A stretch of DNA of 64,000 nt from Lophium mytilinum (Eukaryota), in NCBI GenBank assembly GCA_010093605.1, contig MU004195.1:1627566-1691565 (forward strand). Direction: 5' to 3'. Shown in pieces: positions 1 to 11,771 of this stretch. The notes under the pieces are model-generated. The model had not been told where the DNA came from, searched no databases, and saw only the letters and a program-made list of their open reading frames with translations. The translations under genes were made by a program, and so were the position numbers. Numbering within the stretch: position 1 is the first letter of the stretch; each line of letters starts with the position of its first letter.

Positions 1-329
1 TTGGGAGATCCTTTCCTGAGTGACTAGAGAGTAACTCGCGGAGAGCCATAAGGATTACGTTTCGAATATTCGGTATTAGAACGGCAGGTGGTTCGAGATG
101 TCTCGTGGCCACTTCGGGTCCCCATGGATTATCGTTTACTCGACCTACAAGGACTAGCGCACTTACTGGCGAGGTATCGCTCCGCACCTGCAGTCGGATA
201 TTCACCAGAAAGATGTTGCACTAGTATATAAATACCTACTTGCATGCGTGTAGCATCCACCACCTTTCCTTATCTCCACACCACTTCCCAACCACCAACA
301 ACCCGAAATCCCGTCAGGAAGTACCCACT

Positions 330-1787
330 ATGGCGACTTCCAGACCAAGTGCCTGGGGCAATCGCAAAACCCAGCTAACATTCGCACAAGTCCTGAATGG
401 ACAGGTGCCAGCGTCAACAAGGAAGGAGACTCAGGAAGACAATGATGTCGACTTGAAGAGGGCTATCGAAGACGAGCTCAATGCTTTCAACTGGCAAGAC
501 TTCTCGCATTCCCTCAATAGTGTTGAAATATCCCGGGTCCCAAATGTCATCCAAGCGGCGAGGAGGACTTTTTTTTACCTGGAAGGTCCGAAGGAGCAGT
601 GGCAGCGATACAAGGGCTATCTGTCCTTGTCTTATCGGGAGGCGCCTTGGGAAGAGAGGTGGCAGGAATATGCGGGCCAGGAATACACAAGTACAAAGCT
701 CACAGAGCTTTGGGGCAAGGCGGTTCCATTGCAGCTCTCGGACGTTTCGACTACTGGAGAACGTATCGTGGAGGCCCGCCTAGAAGGGAAGTGGATACCG
801 CTCCGAGAAATTCTAAGTAACCGCCCCATTGTCAATTTTGCGCTGCGTCCCAGCGTGGAGGGGTATCGCCAACTCTCAAATTGGTGGGACAAGAACGGCA
901 AGAAGTTTGACTTCTTAGCTCTCCCTGGTGAAATCCGGAATGCAGTCTACGAGGAATTGGTTAAAGGGCCAGCATACCCGTACCAGTGGACACACCAGGG
1001 GTTTATGCCTCGCTGGAAGGAACTGGGAGCTTCCAAGGGCTTGCTCAAGAACAGCGAATTGGGTCCGATGGGGACTATAGTGCGTACCGGAGAAAATGCA
1101 GGCGGTCTCTCAAGTCTCGGATACGAAGTGCTGAATGGAGCCGGCAGCCCATTTGGACTACTCCTCGTCAACAAACAAGTCAACGCTGAACTCAATCCTA
1201 TTTTGTGGAAGAGCATGGAGTTCCGATTCAATTGCGAAGAGAGTAGGCTGGCGCGCTTCACGAGCTCCGTATCTTCGATCAATCGGGATACCCTTCAGAG
1301 AATGACTATTCATGGCGCACCTGAGAACATCAAGGCAGTTCTCTTTCATGCACGTAAAGCTCTTCCGAAATTTAGTACGTCTATGCAGCTGGAGGTTCGA
1401 CTGCCGCACCGACGGCAGTATGGTTATTCCTGGGACAGTGGAGGCGATTGGAGGTATCGATCATCGTGCTGGCGAAGGAAAATCGGACTGATGCTGCTGG
1501 GAATGGAGAACGTGTTTGCCCATTTCGACACTGGCAACGTGAAGCTTGCGGGCTGCATCAACCCAGACATCCGTACCAAGTTTCTCCAGTACGTTGAAGA
1601 TATCAAGCACGCACGCGAATCAGAGATCCTTGAGGTGGACATCTATGAAAAATGCAGAGAATTTGGACATTCGACTAGAGTGTGTTCTGAGTCATACACG
1701 CAGGCATGTGTGGATAATTGGTGTGTTTGCCAGGGAGTACCGCTTCCCGAAGATTACGATTCGAGACTACGGTCCCAAGGCTATTAG
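330..1787 (+). CDS. Family-X copy 1: intronless protein with central F-box-like motif and C-terminal Cys cluster
   Basis: First ATG at 330 (ORF track starts at TTG 240). Motifs WWDKNGKKFDFLALPGEIRNAVYEEL, GLLKNSELGPMGT and C-terminal CVDNWCVCQG are shared with four other copies in the window. Confidence 0.85.
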   Translation: MATSRPSAWGNRKTQLTFAQVLNGQVPASTRKETQEDNDVDLKRAIEDELNAFNWQDFSHSLNSVEISRVPNVIQAARRTFFYLEGPKEQWQRYKGYLSLSYREAPWEERWQEYAGQEYTSTKLTELWGKAVPLQLSDVSTTGERIVEARLEGKWIPLREILSNRPIVNFALRPSVEGYRQLSNWWDKNGKKFDFLALPGEIRNAVYEELVKGPAYPYQWTHQGFMPRWKELGASKGLLKNSELGPMGTIVRTGENAGGLSSLGYEVLNGAGSPFGLLLVNKQVNAELNPILWKSMEFRFNCEESRLARFTSSVSSINRDTLQRMTIHGAPENIKAVLFHARKALPKFSTSMQLEVRLPHRRQYGYSWDSGGDWRYRSSCWRRKIGLMLLGMENVFAHFDTGNVKLAGCINPDIRTKFLQYVEDIKHARESEILEVDIYEKCREFGHSTRVCSESYTQACVDNWCVCQGVPLPEDYDSRLRSQGY

Positions 1788-1836
1788 GGAGCGTTTCAGA
1801 TCCGTGAAGGATGGATACCGCACCTCAATTACCTTA

Positions 1837-2060
1837 CAGTCCTATGTCATAAGTCTGGGCACACGGATTTAGTTTTTCTTGGCTTGAACCTTGCTCGCTC
1901 AACAGCACTGGAGTGGAAACTTAGTTATTGAGTAGCTGGTTAGCAAGAAATAGTCCAATTTGCACTACCTGAAACGCGGCATCGGTCTTGGGCTCTCCAA
2001 ATTCTGTGGGGGGACCCCAAGTCCTGGCGAACGGATGTACCCGGATGTGACTTGTCGCTG
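1837..2060. mobile_element. Degenerate Tc1/mariner-type MITE, copy A
   Basis: TA|CAGTCCTATGTCATAAGTCTGGGCACAC ... GTGACTTGTCGCTG|TA. Interior (ggggggaccccaag, tagtccaatttgcact) matches copies B-E. Confidence 0.7.
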
Positions 2061-2785
2061 TAGTCTCTTGTCGCTGTCAAGTGCTGGTACTGCTTGACGG
2101 AGGCTGTGCGAGCAAGCTGCTACAGGACCTGGTCGGCTCTCGCCTCTGATCCTGTAGAGTGAACTTAGCCTCCAGCCTTTCTGCAGCTCAATCGTCAGAA
2201 GTAGGCCGGTGTATAGAAGTATAGCTTACAAAAATGAGTGGGAAAACGAGTTTTGCCAACTCTAGGTATTTGCATAGTAGTTAAGGAACATTTTAACTTT
2301 GAATGATGCTTCTGTTCCGTTCGTGCATACCAAAAACTATACTTTCCAAGCCTGATGCTCGACACGACTGAGATATAATACGATGCCTTATATACGAACA
2401 GGTATAATGACTCTGAGCCGTGCATAGTGGAGTGCGTGTAATTATGTAACAACAAAAGATACTAAGGGACCTCAAAGTGACTGCTGCTGATAATTTGCTT
2501 CATAGCTTTAAATTCACAGCATTGAGATATTTGATTCTGAGATTAGGGTGCTTATGGCAAGGTGCCGGTGAAAATTTGCGCGTCACTGGAGTTTGTGGCA
2601 GTCAGCGATTAAGCTTTTTTAGTGCCGTGCAACATGTAAAAGCTCAACTGCACCTGCGTAAAAGCGTCTCTTACTTCCACCACCCCTGCAACACCCACAA
2701 TATCATACCACCTCTCGGCCACGCTCGTGCCCGTGCTATTGGCAACGGTCTACGGTCCACAGACAGCGTTTCGAGAGACATAGTC

Positions 2786-4165
2786 ATGGCGCCCACACGT
2801 ATTGGAATCTGGCAGGCGCAGGCGACACTCGCCCAGACTCTCCAGCAAGAAGCGAACATACTAAGTACCGTCGACCATCAGAGACCAAGCAAAACCGACC
2901 TGGAGAAGGCCATTGAGGAGGAAGTGAAGGCATTTAACCACGAGACCTTACTACACTTTGTCAACCAAGTTACGGTCCGGCCAGTCCCGAGCGACGCCAA
3001 CAGCGGCGATGACATTTTCGAGCTCAGCGGACCCAGTATCACCAAGGACTTGAGATGGCTCGAACCAAAACGCACCCCTAACAAGAGATGGGAAATAAGC
3101 ATCGAGAAGATACAGACAATCTACGGCTGGGACAAGCGTGTCTCCATGCGACTTCTTAAATCTTCTACTACTCACCGGCGTTCCGTCGAGCTGCGATCTG
3201 GTGCGGGATGGGTCCCACTACACGACGTTCTTGAGACACGACCTTTGTTGAACGCTGAAATATCTGTTGGTGGCCAGAAGGGATTTCAGCTGCAACAAGA
3301 ATGGTGGTACGGCAACGGCAAGACTTTTGATCTCTTAGGGCTTCCAAAAGAGTTACGCTTTGCCATCTACGAGCAATTACTTTGCGCACCGGCTTATCCC
3401 TACCAATGGCTCTCCAACGGCTATTTACCATACTGTGAAGCCTCCCAATTGAAGTCGGGTCTGCTTAGCGGGAGCGAGATCGGATCAGCAGGCACTTTCG
3501 TACGATCGGGAAATTACGCCCACAAAGGCGGGGTTGAGATGCTGAATGGTGCGGGTAGTCCATTAGGCCTTCTTCTTACAAATGATCAAGTCCACGAGGA
3601 GGTCAATAAGGTCTTGTGGAAAGGGATGGAGTTTCGTTTCTCTAGTACGGAACTTTTTGGACGATTCGAGGCCAGATTAACCCCCTTTGGTCGCCATGCA
3701 CTTCGTCGGATGACGTTTCACGGCTGCCCAGCAAGCATGCCAAAGTTCTTTCGCAAACACTGCCCGCGTCTTGGAAGCTTTCATCCGTCTATGCGACTAG
3801 AAATCAGGTTGCCGCACTGCCAACCGGGGAATTCATGGTCCGAGCCTGGAGTCGGGCGAATATGCCGGCGAGAGCTCGTTGGCAAGATTTTGTGGCCGGC
3901 AAAGTACGAACTTGCACATTTCGACATAGGAAAGGTTCATATAACAGGATGTATCACGCCAGCGCAGCGTACTCTTTATCTCCAGCTCTTGGAGGATATC
4001 AAGCTTCAAGGCATATCCAAAATTCTAGAAGCTGACATATGCCGCCGAACATGCGTACAGATCGGGCTTGGTGACAAGATGTGTGCTGGCGGAAATCTCC
4101 ACGAGATGGGTTGCGGAGATAGCTGGTGTGTTTGCCGGGGAGACCCACCACCAGAGACAAGCTGA
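2786..4165 (+). CDS. Family-X copy 2 (tandem paralog of copy 1)
   Basis: ATG 2786. Motifs DLEKAIEEEVKAFN, WWYGNGKTFDLLGLPKELRFAIYEQL, LNGAGSPLGLLL, CGDSWCVCRG. Confidence 0.85.
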   Translation: MAPTRIGIWQAQATLAQTLQQEANILSTVDHQRPSKTDLEKAIEEEVKAFNHETLLHFVNQVTVRPVPSDANSGDDIFELSGPSITKDLRWLEPKRTPNKRWEISIEKIQTIYGWDKRVSMRLLKSSTTHRRSVELRSGAGWVPLHDVLETRPLLNAEISVGGQKGFQLQQEWWYGNGKTFDLLGLPKELRFAIYEQLLCAPAYPYQWLSNGYLPYCEASQLKSGLLSGSEIGSAGTFVRSGNYAHKGGVEMLNGAGSPLGLLLTNDQVHEEVNKVLWKGMEFRFSSTELFGRFEARLTPFGRHALRRMTFHGCPASMPKFFRKHCPRLGSFHPSMRLEIRLPHCQPGNSWSEPGVGRICRRELVGKILWPAKYELAHFDIGKVHITGCITPAQRTLYLQLLEDIKLQGISKILEADICRRTCVQIGLGDKMCAGGNLHEMGCGDSWCVCRGDPPPETS

Positions 4166-4574
4166 AAATGGACCCCGGAAAGAGAGGAGTTCTTGTGATA
4201 GATGTCGGCTTTTCTGCTCTAGACATGTGAGCATTGAAACGTGGCTTTTCGATCAATAGTGCCAGGTGGAGGTTAGTCTATATACCTAGATGACGGGGTC
4301 TGTATTCCTTTTCTCTTGTGGTTAGCAGAATTGACACCTTATTCATGACCACACAAAGAGATACGAGCAGAAAGCTAAAACAGAAAGAGATATATGTAGC
4401 CTCAAAATCTAAAGAAACTAAGAAACCATGAAGTAGTGAACATATTCTCATACTATGACAGGCGGTTTCGTGCATGTTGGCGACGAAAGGACTGACTCAT
4501 GGCAATAGCCTAGGAGACAACGGTCGCATACAAGCTTTACTAGGCGAAGCTTGACTATCTACGAAGTATTGTAG

Positions 4575-6282
4575 ATGGAGGAGGGAGGAGAAGATTTGTG
4601 ACGTTTAATTAAAGTTGCGCTGGCGTCATACTTCCGGAGCTCCCGAAAGCACCGACTTTCTCAGCTCGACTGTCGACAATAACATCACGACAATTTGCTG
4701 CTCATTTGTATTGAAAAATAGAAGAAACACAAGAGTAACCCCTAGCATACTTCCCATAGTCCAGGGCATCAATGTAACCGTCTATTTAGTGGTAAAACTC
4801 CGCAAAAAAGCCCTTCAGAAAAACACCCAACAAAATCTCAAAACCCAAAACCCATCAAACTTCCAGACTCTAGGGGAAATATGGGAATCAAACCGCCAAA
4901 CCCGCCTTGACCGAAGCCAGTCCATTGACCCGCAACTCGGAGAGCGCCAGTACTCCATTTTCAGTCAATCATCTACCCTGGTAGGAGACTCCAGACCAGT
5001 CGACAGCACCGAGCTACTCCACAGCCTCGTCGAGCATGGCGCACTTAACTCCATCACCGACACCATCGACATAGCTAGACGTATAGGAGACACCGACATC
5101 CTTGCCTCTCTCATCGATCCCCGCCTTATCGCCCAACGAGAACGCATGATAGCGTCTCTTCCCCCTGATCTCTGGAAACACATCCTCTCACACCTCGATT
5201 TCGTCTCTGCTGCCGCGCTCACCATCACGAGCAAGACCCTGATCTTGAAACTCGGCACATCCTCTCTGGTCGCTTTAAACGCCCCCCAAAATCGTACCTC
5301 CCGCCTCCGCTTCCTCCAGTACCTTGACCCTACTCTCCCGTTCCATCTCCTCTGCTTCCCCTGCGCAACCTACCATCTCCGCCTCAATCCAGGTCAAGAA
5401 CGCTTAACAGCTGACTACACCTCCACCCCCGTTTTCATCTGCCCAAAAGTCCACGGCTCCGTCCTTCCCCGCACCCGCCTAACCCATGCCCGCGCCCTCC
5501 CCCTCGCATTCGTGCAACTCGCTCTCCGCGCCCACCGCTACGGCCCCACCTACGGCATCCTCACCACCTCCCTCTCTCGCCGCTGGAACTGTCCTCACAG
5601 CAATTGGCGCCACGCGACGCGCTACATGGTGCACCGCGACCATCTCTTGATGAGGGTAGTTTCGCAGTGCATCGCGGAGCCAAAACTCACGCCCACAGGC
5701 GAGAGAATCCTTCTCTATTCCCGCGAGGAGTACGAGCCTTACTTCTCCGTCTGCGCGCACTGGCGCGATGGCGTGCTGATGGATGTGTGTAAATGCGCGC
5801 TCAGCCATATCCCAGAGCGGCCGAAAGCAGGGGTGCGGCAGGTCCTGGCTTCGGGACCGAAGGGAACAGCAACTGCGGCGTTGAGAGGGATGCAAGGTAA
5901 TGCAGGGCAGGGAATGATGGTTAGGGGGTGTGGAGTGTGCGGGCCTATGCGGCGGTGCAAGGACTGTGCAAGCGAATATTTGGTTGAGGTGAAGATGGTG
6001 GAGGATGAGAAGGATAAGGTAGTGCGGTTTAAGCATGCGATTACGGTAACAAGGTGGGCGGATTTGGGGGATGGGAGGGAGTTGGATGGAGGAGAATGGG
6101 GAGCGATGAACGGAGTGAAGATGCAAGAGGGGAAGGGGTATGATTCTTTTGGGGTCATTGGGGGGAGGGCGCTGAGTGGGATTTTCGAGGCGGAGATTAG
6201 TGGGAGCATTCCGGGTCAGAGGATATTAAGTTTGAACCCTGAGGGTGCTAAGAGGAATGAGGAAGGGGGTGCGTGGTATTGA
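4575..6282 (+). CDS. F-box domain protein (conserved fungal type); 5' end tentative
   Basis: Long open frame with F-box IASLPPDLWKHILSHLD and Cys-rich C-terminal part. The frame has no early ATG; proposed exon 1 4575-4597 (MEEGGED) plus intron 4598-4745 keeps the frame. Confidence 0.75.
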
Positions 6283-7253
6283 TGGAGCAGTAACGCCAAA
6301 CTGCGAAGTCGGAGTACATGCGACGAACATCGGCAAGATCTCCACGAAATTGTGACAAGCCGAGGAAAAGAAACAGAACCTCTCAATAAGTAATGCGCCT
6401 AGAATCTCATTTCAATTGATTGCCCTGGAATGGCCTTGGGCAGTTGCCCTTATTCTCAGCCTCGAGCTTCTAATACACGGCGCTCCAGCAGCGAACTTCG
6501 GCAGCGTGTACGTATATTCCTGTATTTATGGGCTACCTGGATAGCAGCTATTCTAAGTTTAGCTGCGATAGTGGGAGCGGAAGGCAATCAAGATGTCCCA
6601 TAATCGCAGCCAGAAGAGCGACGGCCACTGCTTCCGAAGTACATCTAAACCCGCCTTGAGATAGACAACGTGCTGTGAGATAGAGATCACGTGACTGCAG
6701 AGGATGAAGGAATAGGAACCGTAAATGCGGGTTTGCTTGCACGTCTCTGCAGTATTTGAAAAGTATGAATAACATGGTGAAGGGGCTCTGCGCATAGCTG
6801 TCTTCTGGAGGGAGGGGCAGACGTCTGGCTGGATTATTTCGCCGAAGACGACGGACCCATTTTCTCACACCCACGAGAATTCGAGTCTGAGTGATAAGCA
6901 AGCGCACTTGTCTAGGAACCAAGGTATGCCATAATGGATAAACAACAAAATACGAAGCGTGATTGGCTGAGAGAGCATGGGGCACAACCCCACAATCCGG
7001 AAGTCTTCAAATTTACCAAGGAATGAGCAGAAATTGGCGTCGTGAGAAAGTACCCGGCGAACTCATGGATCATTCAGAGTATACGATTTTTTTGTCACGG
7101 CACTGTCAAGGGGTCCAGCAGTACAAAGCAGCAGGTATACAGACTCACTTTTATCAAATCTCACTACCCAGGGTATCATGCACACCAGCCCCCGAACTCC
7201 GTAAGATGCCCTCCGCAGAGTCTTTGGTACCAAGAGGCACTCAAATAGCTGCA

Positions 7254-9032
7254 TCACCAAGCCAATTCAATGACATCGTTCCCTCTCGTACACATGATCT
7301 TTGGCACGCCTCGCTCATCATCCACAAAGCGTAGAAAGCCATCCGGACGGAAATCTATGCGCGCAGGCACGAAAGATTTGATCAACTCGCCTGTTTTGAG
7401 AGAGTAAAGGCACACGGCTCCGTCATCTCGCCCAGCAGCCGCAAGACCGAGCTCGCTGTGTACATCTATAGCCTGCCTGTCGGTTGGCGGAAAGCTGTGG
7501 TCGAATCTGAATACGGGCGTGGACGGTACGGCCACAGAGAAATGGTCCCTACCCGGTCGCGTCTTCCTCTTCTTTGTCCTGACATCGGCACGCCCAATAG
7601 TCATACGGAGGTCGTAGAGAAGCATTTCATTTCTTCCAGCTGCAACGACAAGGCGCGTGGGGTCATCTGCGCGGCGCAAATTTGTGATGATGTGTGGGTG
7701 ATTCAGGCATATGCGGGTATCCTCGCTTCGGGGGTCGTACAGGTGAACGGAGCCGTCGCGGAGGCCTACTGCAAGCATTGTAGGTGAGAGCCATGCAAGG
7801 GCACGGGCGTCGGTAGAGGTTTTGAAGCCGATAGAGGATTGCCATCCGCCGGCCGGGGACAGATTCAGTAATCTGACTGCGTTGGACTCGGCGACGGCGA
7901 CGACCGGTGGATAATTATCGGACGAGGGCGATGGGGCGGCTGTCCAGACAGTTCGAGCCTGGCTGGGGGTGAAAGTCTCAGAAATTCCTGCAGCATGGTC
8001 GAGGGACGAGAGATGGATACAGGCGTTCCGATCAGATCCCAGAGATGTTGTTACGAGCGTTCGAGCGTTGTGGCAGATGCTCATGGACGAGACTTCGGAT
8101 GTCAGGCAGTGGAGACGGTGGCCTGAGTGATATCTCTTGTAAGGATGCTCTATGTCTGGTAGCTCTTGAGGACTTCGGGGAGAGCTTCCAACAAGCCTTT
8201 CGAAGTCGGCCAAGGTCCAGGTTCCCAGGTCGGTGCCATGGGGTAACTTCTGCGGCTGAGCAAGCTGTCTTGAACGACTCGAAACGGGCACGGGTCCGGA
8301 TTTCAAACTGAAAGACTCGATAGTCCGGTCCGATTTGGCCGTATAAATTACGTTTGTAACAGGATCAACGTCAAAGTAAAGAATCCTACTAGAGCTGCCC
8401 GAAGGAAGCCGGAGTACGGTAGCCTCAAGGCCGCCCACAAAAGCGTCTGGCCTTGGGTCTTTGTGTCTGACCATGTGCTGCTGAAGCCCGAGCTCTCGCC
8501 TCATGCAGAGAGCGCTGATATGAGACGGACGAGTTTTAGATCGTTGAACGCGCTGTCTTTTCATTTTCTCTTCCCGCTCTTTCCGCCATTGTCGGCCCTA
8601 GCATAATGGTCAGATGGCTTCCTCTCTTTCCTCCACATTGGGAGATTGGATTGATACTACCTACGCTCAAACGCTTATCGGCTTTTGTAATATTGTCTTT
8701 CGAATACCTCGACAGGGGTCGCGGCCCTTTGTGTTCTGGAAGAATCGCGAAGTATTTCTTCTTGTCCGGGTCTAGGTAGACATGGTTAGTTTCTGGTCTG
8801 GTGCTTCTTACAGGACTTCGAAGATAAAGGAGGTCGTTTTGAACAGCTTGTAGATTTCCTGGACTATTTCGTGAAACAACAGGCGAGTGCCTGCAAAGGG
8901 ACTTTTGACCCATCGAGAAAAAAATCTGAAGAGATCGAAGCACCGGAAGCAAGGGGGGCAGCTCATGTGCAAATGTCTGAAGGGCTCCTAAAACTTACCC
9001 CAATGGAATCCCGGGATCTCTCGGCCGTCCAT
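7254..9032 (-). CDS. WD40 protein, WDR21/DCAF4-like (putative Cul4-DDB1 substrate receptor)
   Basis: Exon 1 9032-8999 spliced across intron 8998-8772 gives MDGREIPGFHWDPDKKKYFAILP, the WDR21-type N-terminus. Second intron near 8600-8665. WD repeats with YDPR and YDLR (WDxR-like) motifs. Confidence 0.8.
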
Positions 9033-9241
9033 GCCGTCTCTCACAATGATATTGTCGTGATGGTCGCGTTGTGGTGTTGAGGTTCGGAGGACGATGAAAA
9101 AGGCTTAGACAGACTTGGACCCTGCTAAAGTAGTGCCTCGGTAGAAGTTGCTATGACGCCAGAGCGAAGAACCACCATCATCACTCAGATATATGTCGCC
9201 CCTCTCTCCTCTCCCTCACCACAGCTCCGTTTTCTCCTTTA

Positions 9242-11445
9242 ATGCTCCTCAACAGACCGAAACCACCTCTCATGCGACTCGCCCAAATGGCAGCCCATCT
9301 CAGCAACGGCAGCGCCACTCCGTCCTACACCATGCGAAGCCTCCCCAAATCCAACACCTTCACCTCAAAGCTCCCACCGGACCCCGCGTTTCCTACTCCC
9401 GCCGACTCGCATAAAGCACCACGAGAGACCCTAGGCCCAAGGCTAGTGAAGGGAGCACTGTACACATATGTACGGCCGGAAATAACGCACTCGCCCGAGC
9501 TCCTTGCCGTCAGCGCGCAGGCGATGAATGACCTAGGGCTAGCGGAGGGGGAAGAGAACAGCGACGAGTTCAAAAGCGTGGTCGCTGGAAACAACATGAT
9601 AGGATGGGATGATGAGAAACAAGAGGGCGTGTATCCATGGGCACAGTGTTACGGGGGTGAGACTCCATTCCCCCATTTGTATATAAGAGCAAATGCTGAT
9701 GGCCAAAGGCTACCAATTGTATGCTTGATGTGCACCTCGCGCTTTGTGAGCAGTATTGACAAGACCAGTGGTCAATGGGCTGGACAACTGGGTGACGGCG
9801 TATGCAACAACTCTTCTCTCTGATCCCAAGACGCCATTGAATTAACCATCTCAGCGCGCAATATCACTATTCGAAACCACCAACCCCGCGACTAACACCC
9901 GCTACGAGATCCAGCTCAAAGGCGCCGGAAAGACGCCTTACTCCCGATTTGCTGATGGAAAGGCAGTGCTGCGCTCCAGCATCCGCGAATTCGTAGTCTC
10001 AGAGTGTATAGTACCCTTTCCTTCCTTCTCCCCTCTGTTCTTCATTTGCTTAAACTTCGCTTCGATAACAACACTGACCATTTAATCGTTCGCAGACCTC
10101 AACGCCATTTCCATCCCCTCCACTCGTGCCCTCGCTCTAACCCTCTGCCCGCGCTCCCGCGTCGTTCGCGAGCGCGTCGAACCCGGTGCCATTGTAACCC
10201 GCTTCGCGCCCTCCTGGCTCCGACTCGGCACCTTCGATTTGATCCGCATGCGCGGAGATCGACCACTCATGCGCCAGCTCGCTAACTACGCCGCCGAGAA
10301 CGTGCTCGGAGGGTGGGAAGCTCTGCCTGCAAAACTCAGCGATTCAGCCTCTGACAGCCCTCTCAACACCGAAACTACCACAGGGGTCTCACGCGACACA
10401 CTCGAAGGTTCTGGCAAAGACACCGAGAACAGATACGCGCGGCTATACCGAGAAGTGGTCCGAAGAAATGCGAAAACGGTAGCGGCGTGGCAGGCGTACG
10501 GGTTCATGAACGGGGTGCTGAATACGGATAATACTTCGCTTATGGGGTTGAGTATTGATTTCGGACCTTTTGCCTTTTTGGATACGTTCGATCCCACATA
10601 CACCCCGAATCACGATGATCACAGCTTGCGATACTCTTACCGCAACCAGCCCACCATCATCTGGTGGAACCTAGTTCGTTTTGGCGAAGCGTTGGGAGAG
10701 CTGATAGGATCAGGTCCAGGCGTCGACAAAGAACAGTTCGTGGAGAAGGGCATACAGGAAGACGAGGCGAAAGAACTGGTTGAACGCGCAGAGAATCTGA
10801 TTGAGAAGACCGGGGAGGAGTATAAGGCCGTATTTATGGGAGAGTATAAGCGGCTCATGACGCTGCGTCTGGGACTGAAGACATTCAAGGACAGTGATTT
10901 TGAGGAGTTGTTCAGCGAGTGGCTGGACCTGATGGAGGCGCACGAGCTCGACTTTCATCATTGCTTTCGACGACTGGGCGGAGTCAAACTAGAAGAACTG
11001 GAGAGCTCGGAAGCTAGAAAAGACCTTGCAGGGAGGTTTTTTGCGAAAGAACCGCCGCGGGACGAGACCCCGGCCAGAGAAAGAGTTGCGAAGTGGCTGG
11101 AGAAATGGGGGGAGAGGGTGAAGGAGGATTGGGGCACGGGCATGGATGCTGAGCGGGAGACTGAAATGGCGAAAGTCAATCCGAAGGTTCGTTTCATGTA
11201 GCTTTGATCATATTTCGTACGACGCGTTTACTGATATTGCTTAGTTCATTCCTCGTTCTTGGGTCTTAGACGAGCTCATAGAGCGCGTGGAAAAGAAGAA
11301 AGAGCGCGACGTTCTCCAGGGCGTTATGAAGATGGCGCTGAACCCTTTCGAGCAGAGTTGGGGATGGAACGAGAGTGAAGAAGAGCGGTTTTGTGGAGAT
11401 GTGCCGAAGTATAAGGGTATGATGCAGTGTAGCTGTAGCTCGTAG
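9242..11445 (+). CDS. FMP40: Selenoprotein O-like protein adenylyltransferase (UPF0061), multi-exon
   Basis: Spliced motifs [64 protein letters not shown]-terminus MQCSCSS then TAG at 11443-11445. Confidence 0.95.
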
Positions 11446-11771
11446 ATTCCGCATAGGAATATGAGTGTACGATATAAAAGTTAATATAGCTACCATGTTT
11501 GCCTTGTAAGATGTGCGTCTAGTGAGAGTGATGAAAGGGGGCTCACATTAGAGAGATAACTCACGTGACCTTCTTTGAGAGCTCGAAACTGTAAATATAG
11601 GTAATCAACATCTACTATGAGGATTAACTCGATCCAATAGCAGAGATTCACTGCTAATTTACGAACTGTAGATGTTTCGTAAAGTATAGAAGCACATGAT
11701 CGCGCACCAAAGTCCGACCTAAAGGCGCGTTAACCTCACCAGTTGAAATACTTCAAATCATCCAGCCCACC

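Noticed and set aside
2195..2700. AT-richer spacer as a RIP-degraded transposon
   Set aside because: No convincing TIRs, transposase remnants or second copy visible.
5479..6209. Long antisense ORFs over the F-box gene (and similarly over Rab, NIF and ADE17)
   Set aside because: Shadow ORFs caused by codon bias of the real sense-strand genes.
6548..7250. Short ORFs between the F-box and WD40 genes
   Set aside because: No recognisable motifs or consistent splice structure.
11420..11520. Selenocysteine recoding in SelO
   Set aside because: The C-terminus is CSCSS ending in TAG with no in-frame TGA. The tRNA-like element at 26 kb cannot fold as tRNA-Sec.
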